Notes under the pieces: model-generated
Seen by the model: the letters and a program-made list of their open reading frames with translations, nothing else
Databases searched by the model: none
Told to the model about the DNA's origin: nothing
Assembly (NCBI GenBank): GCA_029838215.1
Contig: JALGVI010000028.1
Location: 1-33,134 of the forward strand
Source: Candidatus Helarchaeota archaeon
GTDB lineage: Archaea > Asgardarchaeota > Lokiarchaeia > Helarchaeales > RDOG01
Direction: 5' to 3'
Length of the DNA: 33,134 nt
Program-made: the position numbers and the translations under genes
In this document: one piece after another, positions 1 through 7,283 of the stretch
How the letters are laid out: each line of letters begins with the position of its first letter
Numbering within the stretch: position 1 is the stretch's first letter

Positions 1-2003
1 CCTTTCGGCGGTCCCGTTGGAGGACCTTTCGGTGGACCTTGAAATCCAGACGGTTTCTTTGCCATCAATTTTGCGGCAAGTGCACTCACGGCGGACGTTG
101 AAATCTCCTGCTCTTTAATTTCAATTTTTTTCTTGGTGATTAAAGAGTCGAACCAAATTGCCTCGACTTTTTTCTTGAAGCTGGAAAGAAGCAGGTCTTC
201 GCGCAATTGTTTTGAATTATCGAGATTTTGAATTGATTTTATTAGAGAATCGTCGAAGTTTTTCATTAATGGTTTTAATTTCAAGGTAATCGTCTTTAAT
301 TTCACTTCATATTCTTCTCTCTTGACGTTAATTATTTCGTGAAGCGTGTTAGAGGAGTTTGCAGTTATGATCTTGATCAATGCATCTTGAGTCGTGCCGA
401 GAAGAGTTTCGACGACATTATTTGGAACGATTCTATTCATTTCCAGCTTGTCAAATATCGGGATCTTACCTACCAGAGCCGTTTCTAAGAACTTCATGAA
501 TTCGAACTTGATTTGCTTGAGGATGGGAGCGAGACGTTGATCGGCTTGTGGTGGAATGATTATTTCATCAGCGACTTCAATTTCCTTCGCTTTTTCGATT
601 TTGTCTTCACTTATCTTGCCATAGAGTTCATAAATACCATTTTGGGATAGGTGTTCGATAATACACTCCTTGAATTTTTCGAGGTCGATCTTGACTTTCT
701 TTTTCAAGATGATCTTGGAAATTTCGGTGCCAAGAATGGTAGGGATACCGTTAAAAATTTTTAAAATGTTTAAAAGCCCCGGTTTTTTTTCTTCCATGAT
801 TCGTTTTAAGATCCAATTTGCAAGTTTATCCAGCGATTCCACCAGGAGCTTGATTCCGACGTCTTTTGGTCCTTTCTTCTCCGCACGAGGTATTTCAATT
901 CCCTCGGGTCCAAGCAGGTTTTCGAGTGGTTCGAAAATCATTCCAAACGTTTCCTTGATTTCAGGATGTGCCAATGCCTCTTTGGTATTGTCAGGAAGGA
1001 GATTCACCACTCGAATGATGTTTAGTAAAGTCTGGTTTTGCTCGGGGTCTAGTGGCTTGCCTTTTTTTAGCGCATTCGAGATTTGAGCTATTTTAAAAAA
1101 TAACGATGATTTTTCTTTGATTTTTTGCATTAGTGCTACAAGCTCTTCACGTTTTTCTTCTGAAATGAGTGTTTTCTTTTCTTGGTGTCCGATTACAACG
1201 GCTTCGTTTATGATTTCCTTGACAACTTGAACGATCTCGAGAGATTCTTTCTTCGATATTTCACCTTGTAGCGAGAGGTCGTGTGTCAATTCGAGGCATT
1301 CGGTCATGGTTTTAATGCTTTCGGGTCCGAATGTCATGATCTTGCGTTCTTCATCGAGTCGCGCCTTAACAAATACCCAGCGATCGTATTCTTCGGATTT
1401 TGCTTCGATTTCAGGTTGGATACCGTTCAAAGCCCGGGTTATGCTTTCGGTCTTTTCTTTTAACTTTTGAGAAGTATCTAGAAAAGGGATCAGGAACTTT
1501 GGAGACAAACCCATACTCATTGCCCCGTAATACCGCATATTAAGCCATAATGCCATGAGTTCCGAGATTTTTTTTTGCGAAATTCCCGATTTGGCAGCAA
1601 GCGTCAGGATTTCTTCAGTAACGAAGTCTTCTCGAATGCCCCGTGGGGTTTTTTCCAGAATTTTTTGGCATGTCTTCAATTTTTTTGGCGCAAATATCGT
1701 AAAGAGCTCGAACAGATCCCGTTGAAATTCCAATGCTTTAGCCCTTTCCTCAAGTGGTCGCAAGAATGCATCAGTGGTCTTTAGCTTGTTTTCCACCGCT
1801 ACCATGAATTTTTCAGGTTTCAATGCATGGAACTTCTTCGCCTCTTTTGTCGAGAGGTGCGGAAAAAATCGTCTTGCAAAGTGCTTGAGCTTTAATTTTT
1901 GATACGGCCACGTGACCTCATCCCTGTGAAGGAGAGCTTTGGTAGCTTTCAAATCTTGCTTGATTTTTTCAACTTTCGATAGTTGCTCTTCTTCGACAGC
2001 CAA
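1..2003 (-). CDS. Large hypothetical alpha-helical protein with a proline-rich GPP-repeat C-terminal tail; 3' end lies beyond the window
   Basis: Absent from the ORF track because it has no stop in the window. Manual translation from TTG 2003 (in-frame TGA at 2012-2010, GAGTGA RBS-like) gives MAVEEEQLSKVEKIKQDLK... with no stop through position 3 (~667 codons), ending ...KEPSGFQGPPKGPPTGPPK. Confidence 0.85.
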   Translation of the reverse strand, partial: MAVEEEQLSKVEKIKQDLKATKALLHRDEVTWPYQKLKLKHFARRFFPHLSTKEAKKFHALKPEKFMVAVENKLKTTDAFLRPLEERAKALEFQRDLFELFTIFAPKKLKTCQKILEKTPRGIREDFVTEEILTLAAKSGISQKKISELMALWLNMRYYGAMSMGLSPKFLIPFLDTSQKLKEKTESITRALNGIQPEIEAKSEEYDRWVFVKARLDEERKIMTFGPESIKTMTECLELTHDLSLQGEISKKESLEIVQVVKEIINEAVVIGHQEKKTLISEEKREELVALMQKIKEKSSLFFKIAQISNALKKGKPLDPEQNQTLLNIIRVVNLLPDNTKEALAHPEIKETFGMIFEPLENLLGPEGIEIPRAEKKGPKDVGIKLLVESLDKLANWILKRIMEEKKPGLLNILKIFNGIPTILGTEISKIILKKKVKIDLEKFKECIIEHLSQNGIYELYGKISEDKIEKAKEIEVADEIIIPPQADQRLAPILKQIKFEFMKFLETALVGKIPIFDKLEMNRIVPNNVVETLLGTTQDALIKIITANSSNTLHEIINVKREEYEVKLKTITLKLKPLMKNFDDSLIKSIQNLDNSKQLREDLLLSSFKKKVEAIWFDSLITKKKIEIKEQEISTSAVSALAAKLMAKKPSGFQGPPKGPPTGPPK

Positions 2004-2224
2004 CAATAATCACTCGTCATTTCCTTATTTAATCAACGTCGTTTTCAATTAAGAATTGCAAACTCAGCCTTTTTATTTTTTTATTTTTTAATTGATTTGC
2101 ATCACGCATTCCTTCACGATCTAATGAATGATGGCATGTTTGAGGAATTCAAACGAGAAAAAGTCTGAGATTTTTTTGAGAATTTGTGGATCATTTAAAA
2201 AATGAAATTTAATGGTATTTGTTT

Positions 2225-2302
2225 GGAGTCCTCGATGATTTATGTCGTCACCAAAGACCGATTGGAATGATTTGGTGGATTACCCCCGCATGAGAGGGCT
2301 CC
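2225..2302 (+). ncRNA. Candidate box C/D guide sRNA (sRNA-1)
   Basis: 9-bp terminal stem GGAGTCCTC/GAGGGCTCC, 3-nt bulge, C-like box ATGATTT (2235-2241), 16-nt guide, D' CCGA (2258-2261), C' ATGATTT (2267-2273), 16-nt guide, D-like ATGA (2290-2293). GC-rich island in an AT-rich intergenic region. Confidence 0.65.
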
Positions 2303-2330
2303 CATTAAACATTTTTAGGAAGTAGATTTC

Positions 2331-2711
2331 ATGGTCTTGTTAGAATTATTAAGCGATTTTTTCAAGCGAATGACTCTCACGCCCGAGCAGGTAAAACGTG
2401 CGGCAGAAACGAAAGTAACGGTAAAAGAAAATGAAGATGAACCCCTTTCAAAAGCAAATCCGATGGCACGACTGTTAAAGACCTTCAGCAACATGTACTT
2501 CAACGATTTCTTCCAACTCGATTCATACCCCGATGAGGAATATCGTGAACTCATGGGCAAGATCCACGAAGAAATCATCAGTGATCCGGTAATGCAAGAG
2601 ACGAAGCTGGACGACTTGAAACGATATTCCGATTTCTCACGGCAGATGCTCAAGGTTCTTCGCACGTTCATCAAGGAGCGGATGAAATCAGAAGAGTCCC
2701 CGAACGAGTGA
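2331..2711 (+). CDS. Hypothetical protein (126 aa, helical)
   Basis: ATG-started ORF with protein-like charged/helical composition; no family recognised. Confidence 0.75.
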   Translation: MVLLELLSDFFKRMTLTPEQVKRAAETKVTVKENEDEPLSKANPMARLLKTFSNMYFNDFFQLDSYPDEEYRELMGKIHEEIISDPVMQETKLDDLKRYSDFSRQMLKVLRTFIKERMKSEESPNE

Positions 2712-2885
2712 TCGGTGTTTAATCGTTTTATTCTTCAATTCTTGAGTTAATTTTTTTATATTATTCCAATCATTTTTCTCAACCAGTTCTCGTTACTTGC
2801 TGTCATCTTCATCATACCATGAGATTCCATGACCTAAAGATATAAGAACGAGTAATCTTCTACATGCTATTGGAGGCATGAAAAC

Positions 2886-3458
2886 GTGGCTTTAGTTGAA
2901 AAAATCAAGTGTCCCCGTCCAAAATGTGGCGGACAGCTGACCGTGCCGATCAAGCTGGTGAGAAAAGGAACGGACATAGTTGATGTTGCCGCTTGTCCGA
3001 ACTGTCATAAGAAATACAAGATCTATTTCAATGCCAACCAGAAGGATGAAGTGGCTCAGCTCTTCAAGGATTCTATTTATTATTGTGACGTGTGCGGAAC
3101 GGATAATCACGGTAACTTCGTCGAAGGAGAAACGTGGGAGATGGATCGACGTAAGATCGTTGTCAGGTGCAAGAATTGCGGCAAAAAACGCGCGAAAGTG
3201 GTTACAGAAACTATTTTAAAGAAAATTGAGTCCTTGAAAGAAGCGCAAGAACAGGAATCTAGGGTAGAAAACGAACCCGCAGACTCCGTAGAGCAAATAA
3301 AGCAAGAATTACGGCAGTGTCCATCGTGTGGAGCAATGTGTGATCCCGAACATCTTTTCTGTTCAAGTTGCGGCACTCCCCTCCTTTGTCCAAAGTGTCA
3401 GAAACCACTACCACTGGGAGCAAAGTTCTGCATGTCCTGCGGAACTCAAATTTCATAA
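2886..3458 (+). CDS. Multi-zinc-ribbon protein with C-terminal double zinc ribbon (DZR-like)
   Basis: Eight Cys pairs (CPRPKC, CPNC, CDVC, CKNC, CPSC, CSSC, CPKC, CMSC); the ending AKFCMSCGTQI is typical of DZR; GGAGG upstream of the GTG start. Confidence 0.85.
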   Translation: MALVEKIKCPRPKCGGQLTVPIKLVRKGTDIVDVAACPNCHKKYKIYFNANQKDEVAQLFKDSIYYCDVCGTDNHGNFVEGETWEMDRRKIVVRCKNCGKKRAKVVTETILKKIESLKEAQEQESRVENEPADSVEQIKQELRQCPSCGAMCDPEHLFCSSCGTPLLCPKCQKPLPLGAKFCMSCGTQIS

Positions 3459-3572
3459 AAACTTTTTTTCTCAATCGTTCAAGAATCATTTAATGAATGA
3501 AAAACGGGTATTTTTGCATTTAACACGTCATTATCATTAAACAATGATTTTTTAAATTTGAAAAGAAGGAAT

Positions 3573-3649
3573 TGGAGCCCCAAGCGGGATTCGATCCCGC
3601 GACCTCTACCTTACCAGGGTAGCGCTCTACCAGGCTAAGCTACTGGGGC
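3573..3649 (-). tRNA. tRNA-Thr(GGT), intronless, CCA encoded
   Basis: Reverse complement folds as a cloverleaf: acceptor GCCCCAG/TTGGGGC, anticodon arm CTACC-CT-GGT-AA-GGTAG, T loop ATCGAAT, end TCCA. Confidence 0.95.
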
Positions 3650-3851
3650 AGGAATTTTATTAGAAATATGCGTCTGTTGAGATCTCTCTGAAGATCTGTC
3701 AGAATGATGAAATAAAGTCAATTTTGACATTACATCATTCTAAAAGCCTGCTGGAGGTTTTACCTGAATTCAATATATAAAAGTATCTTTTTTAAAGAAT
3801 TTCTTCTCTTTAAACTTGAAATTTGGTTTTATCATGTTCAAGGAGGCAATC

Positions 3852-4259
3852 ATGCTGCAGGATGAAGCGGTTCGATCATTTATCAAAGCAATGGAGACGA
3901 TAGAGACCTTATTTAGAGAGGATGGTTGTCCTTGGGATCGGAAGCAGACGCTTTCCAGCCTGACAAAATACTTGCAGGAAGAGTCTCAAGAAGTCGTTGA
4001 TGCAATAGAAGCAATGGATATGGAAAATGCCCGTGAGGAACTCGGAGATTTGTTATGGATCATCTTGATGATGATAAGAGTGGCAGAAAACGACGGCTCA
4101 TTCACGTTCAGCGACGTGTTAGATGGTGTTATAAGAAAGATGATTAATCGTCATCCGCACGTTTTTGGCGATGTCAAGGCATCTTCTGCTGATGAGGCAG
4201 TCCGTTTCTTTAACGAAAAAAAACAAGAGGAAAAATTGAAATTAGATGACGACACTTGA
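3852..4259 (+). CDS. mazG: Single-domain MazG nucleotide pyrophosphohydrolase
   Basis: Motifs GCPWDRKQT, LQEESQEVVDAI, EELGDLL and KMINRHPHVFG. ATG 3852 follows AGGAGG and is preferred over TTG 3816. Confidence 0.92.
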   Translation: MLQDEAVRSFIKAMETIETLFREDGCPWDRKQTLSSLTKYLQEESQEVVDAIEAMDMENAREELGDLLWIILMMIRVAENDGSFTFSDVLDGVIRKMINRHPHVFGDVKASSADEAVRFFNEKKQEEKLKLDDDT

Positions 4260-4275
4260 TGCTTCGGATTGACTA

Positions 4276-6273
4276 CTAAGTCAATTTCACGTTATCCTTC
4301 AGATTGATTCTTGCGAATTCGCTCTTTGTTTTTAAGAATTTGTCTTCTATCTTGATTTTTTGGCTTGACGAGTAAATTTTTGCCTTCCTGAATCGTTTCA
4401 TCGTGATTGTTTCCGGCATCGGTTCTAGATCCCCGATATAAATTTGCTCCCCGGGTTCTCCTTTTATCCTTGCAATTTCCATCTTTTCATTTGAACCCTT
4501 TCCTCCTAGTAGCATGCCTTCGCTTAATATCCCTCCAATCTTTCTTGGTTTAATATTTGTTAACACGACCAAAGGTTCTTGAATTAGCTCTTCCTTTTTA
4601 TAATCGGGTACTAGTTTCGCACAGACGGTAATGATTTTTTCCTTGATATCGATCTTGAGAATATAGAAATCCTTTATTTCGGGATGGATTTCTGCTTCCA
4701 GCACTTTTCCTACTCTAAAATCATACATTTGTAGGGGATTTTTCTTTTTTTCTAACTGCATTTTAGGAAATAATATTTCTTTCTTGCCAATGCGTCCCTT
4801 GGTATCGGTCTTAAAATCAACATTGGAGAAGTCCATCAATGGTTCCAGGCCAATAAAGGTAAACATTTTATCAGAAATCGAAGGGATGAATGGATGAATG
4901 TAAATTGAAATGACTCTTAATGCTTCAACCAGAACGTAGAGTACGGTAGAAAGGCGCTTGATATTTCCGCGTTTTCTTATCTCCCAGGGTTCGGTATCGT
5001 TAATGTATTTGTTGGTATCCCTGATGAATTCCCAAACTCGATCTAACGCTTTATTCAATTGGAAGTTTTCCATGAAATTCCTTAATTGCTCCATGAAATT
5101 GAATTTCCGAATGAATTCCTCATCGATTTTATCAAGGTCATGAAGTGCAGGGATTTCACCGTTGAAGTCGCGTTCGATAAAAGACAAAACCCGTAATATC
5201 AAATTTCCCAACTGGTCAGCCAAAGCACTATTATATGTTTCGATTAAATTATCAACGTTAAATGAACCATCATCGTTTGATGGAATGTTTTTTAATAAAT
5301 AGAAACGGAACGGCGCACTACCATATTTTTCTATCAGGAAAAATGGGTCAATTACATTTCCAAGAGATTTTCCAATTTTTAATCCTTCTAATGTCACGAA
5401 TCCGTGAACGAAAAGATTCTTGGGAACTTTAATGCCTGCAGAAATCAACATGGCAGGCCAATAAATTGCATGAAACTTGATGATATCCTTGCCGATCAGG
5501 TGAACATCTGCGGGCCAAATTGAATTGAACTTGTCCTCATCATATTCATATCCGATGTTGGTGATGTAATTTGACAATGCATCCGCCCAAACGTACATCA
5601 CATGCGAAGGGTCATTGGGCACGGGAATTCCCCATGGCATTTTATTCTTTTGCCGTGAAAAACTCACGTCTGTTAATTCCGACTTTAGAATTGCAAGGAT
5701 TTCTGCTTTTCTTTTTTTAGGAACGATTCTTATTTCATCTTTTTCGTAGATCTCTATCAATCTATTAACATATTTACTTAGATTGAAAAAATAATTTTCT
5801 TCTTCTATTTCAATTAAGGGTCGGTTAGGGTGATAAGGACAAATGCCATCAACCAACTCCTTGGATGTTTTAAAAGATTCGCAACCTATGCAGTAAAAAC
5901 CCTTGTAGGTTGATTTATATAGGTCGCCATTTTCGACCATTTTAAGCCAAAGCTTTGACGCTCCACGCTTGTGTACGGAACTCGTTGTCCTGACATAGTA
6001 ATCATGACTGACATTAAGAATCTTGTAGAGCCTAATAAATTGTTCATGATACTGATTGATGAAATCCTCAACGTTCATTCGACTTTCTTTAGCCGCGTTG
6101 AATATTTTAATGCCGTGTTCATCTGAGCCGGTTTGAAAAACCACGTCTTTAACCAACTGCCTGTAGAAACGAGCAATGCAATCCGCTTGAATTATTTCGA
6201 GAGCATGACCTAAATGCGGGCTACCGTTCAAGTAAGCGATGGCAGTAGTTATGTAAAAATATTTTTTAGACAT
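4276..6273 (-). CDS. metG: Methionyl-tRNA synthetase with C-terminal tRNA-binding OB (Trbp111/EMAPII-like) domain
   Basis: FYITTAIAYLNGSPHLGH (HIGH), TGSDEHG, single Zn knuckle CIGC...CPYH, YVWADAL, IGKDIIKFHAIYWPA, KIGKS (KMSKS), C-terminal FRVGKVLEA...NIKPRKIGGILSEGMLL. Confidence 0.96.
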   Translation of the reverse strand: MSKKYFYITTAIAYLNGSPHLGHALEIIQADCIARFYRQLVKDVVFQTGSDEHGIKIFNAAKESRMNVEDFINQYHEQFIRLYKILNVSHDYYVRTTSSVHKRGASKLWLKMVENGDLYKSTYKGFYCIGCESFKTSKELVDGICPYHPNRPLIEIEEENYFFNLSKYVNRLIEIYEKDEIRIVPKKRKAEILAILKSELTDVSFSRQKNKMPWGIPVPNDPSHVMYVWADALSNYITNIGYEYDEDKFNSIWPADVHLIGKDIIKFHAIYWPAMLISAGIKVPKNLFVHGFVTLEGLKIGKSLGNVIDPFFLIEKYGSAPFRFYLLKNIPSNDDGSFNVDNLIETYNSALADQLGNLILRVLSFIERDFNGEIPALHDLDKIDEEFIRKFNFMEQLRNFMENFQLNKALDRVWEFIRDTNKYINDTEPWEIRKRGNIKRLSTVLYVLVEALRVISIYIHPFIPSISDKMFTFIGLEPLMDFSNVDFKTDTKGRIGKKEILFPKMQLEKKKNPLQMYDFRVGKVLEAEIHPEIKDFYILKIDIKEKIITVCAKLVPDYKKEELIQEPLVVLTNIKPRKIGGILSEGMLLGGKGSNEKMEIARIKGEPGEQIYIGDLEPMPETITMKRFRKAKIYSSSQKIKIEDKFLKTKSEFARINLKDNVKLT

Positions 6274-6341
6274 GTTTTTTACAAATCCGGATGCGTCAAA
6301 CGCCGAATGGCTAAATAGTTAAATATCACACAATTAATAAG

Positions 6342-6503
6342 TGCAGAGGGTGGGGTTTGAACCCACGAACACCTACGTGACAGGATCTTAAGTCCTGCGC
6401 CGCTGGTCAGTAACGACGGCACGCCAGACCCCTGTAGTTCTGCCACGGGTCGCTCCTATTGACCGACTTCGCCAATTCTCGAAGAATTTTTGGCTACCTC
6501 TGC
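6342..6503 (-). tRNA. tRNA-Leu(TAA) with two D-arm introns (6468-6489, 22 nt, position 14/15; 6403-6458, 56 nt, position 21/22)
   Basis: Acceptor GCAGAGG/CCTCTGC, anticodon arm CAGGA-CT-TAA-GA-TCCTG, long variable arm, T loop TTCAAAC. Removing both inserts yields an 84-nt mature tRNA with D arm GCCAAGTCGGTCAACGGC; both inserts are flanked by BHB-type motifs. Confidence 0.85.
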
Positions 6504-6683
6504 CGAGAGGAAATGCTCGGTCTCCTTGACGGAACCCCTGCAAAGATGTCGTGTTGATTGCTTGTAAGCAAGAAATAACCACGCGCAAGTTGATTTTAAA
6601 CGTTTCGTTCTTTCCGCACCACTCAACGCGAAGAAAGCACGAAAGCTAAAATGCCAAAATGAAAAGAAAATTAACAAAAGGAG

Positions 6684-6856
6684 TGCCGGAGGAGGGCTTC
6701 GATCCCTCGATTTCCGGATTTCACGCGCTTCATGAGCATCGGTCATGGGCTAAAAGCCTTTATGAGTCCGGCGCGTGCTCTTCTCGCCCAAAAGAACGAG
6801 AATTCTAACCAGTTGCTCTTTTCAAGGATGCCCTTGAAAACCTAAGCCACTCCGGC
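6684..6856 (-). tRNA. Elongator tRNA-Met(CAT) with three introns (6813-6841 at 15/16; 6775-6803 at 23/24; ~6720-6760 at 37/38 or 38/39)
   Basis: Acceptor GCCGGAG/CTCCGGC, anticodon stem CCGGA/TCCGG. Removing 29+29+41 nt gives the 74-nt GCCGGAGTGGCTTAGCTGGTTAGAGCGCCGGACTCATAATCCGGAAATCGAGGGATCGAAGCCCTCCTCCGGCA; each intron has a BHB-like junction. Confidence 0.87.
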
Positions 6857-6915
6857 ATGACTTGCAATTTCTTTAACCACGAGTCCCATTAAAAATATTT
6901 TGGAATCGCGGAAAA

Positions 6916-6991
6916 TGGAGCCCCTGGAGGGACTTGAACCCTCGACAAACGGCTTACAAGGCCGCCATTCTACCAGCTAAATTACAGAGGC
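6916..6991 (-). tRNA. tRNA-Thr(TGT), intronless, CCA encoded
   Basis: Acceptor GCCTCTG/CAGGGGC, anticodon arm GCGGC-CT-TGT-AA-GCCGT, T loop TTCAAGT, end TCCA. Confidence 0.95.
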
Positions 6992-7015
6992 ACAGCCCAA
7001 TCGAATGAGGCAAGA

Positions 7016-7093
7016 TGGTGGGAGGGGCGTGATTTGAACACGCGATCCCTTGGTCCCAAGCCAAGAATCATAGCCAAGCTAGACCACCCTCCC
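7016..7093 (-). tRNA. tRNA-Pro(TGG), intronless, CCA encoded
   Basis: Acceptor GGGAGGG/CCCTCCC, anticodon arm CTTGG-CT-TGG-GA-CCAAG, T arm GCGTG-TTCAAAT-CACGC, end ACCA. Confidence 0.95.
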
Positions 7094-7138
7094 GTAGGAG
7101 AGCATATTATTACTCCTTACTTCTTGTTTTTTAAAGAC

Positions 7139-7278
7139 TGGTGGGAACGGGGAGATTTGAACTCCCGATAAACGAGTCGCTCCGGTACGCTCCAAAGATA
7201 CATCATCCTTACGTCAGCTAACATCTTCAAAACAGACTCTCTGGAGCCCGTCGTCATACCGTGCTAGACCACGTTCCC
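7139..7278 (-). tRNA. tRNA-Trp(CCA) with a 63-nt canonical 37/38 intron (7178-7240) carrying C/D-like boxes
   Basis: Acceptor GGGAACG/CGTTCCC, anticodon arm ACGGG-CT-CCA-G^A-CTCGT, BHB CTCC-AG^A / GGAG-CG^A, end ACCA. Confidence 0.93.
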
Positions 7279-7283
7279 TTGGC

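Noticed and set aside
2118-2171. ATGATGG...CTGA with internal GTTTGA/TCAAAC hairpin as another C/D RNA
   Set aside because: Only a 3-bp terminal stem, no C'/D' pair and no guide-length segments.
2786-2852. CTCGTT/AACGAG inverted repeat enclosing CCATGA direct repeats
   Set aside because: A 6-bp stem is within chance expectation, and no complete box set is present on either strand.
6388-6746. ORFs 6388-6588 and 6456-6746 on the minus strand
   Set aside because: They run through the intron-containing tRNA-Leu and tRNA-Met genes.
6684-6856. tRNA-Met as initiator (because of A54) or as tRNA-Ile(CAT)
   Set aside because: It has G1:C72 and only two G:C pairs at the anticodon-stem base, unlike the archaeal initiator (A1:U72, three G:C pairs); the overall sequence fits elongator Met.
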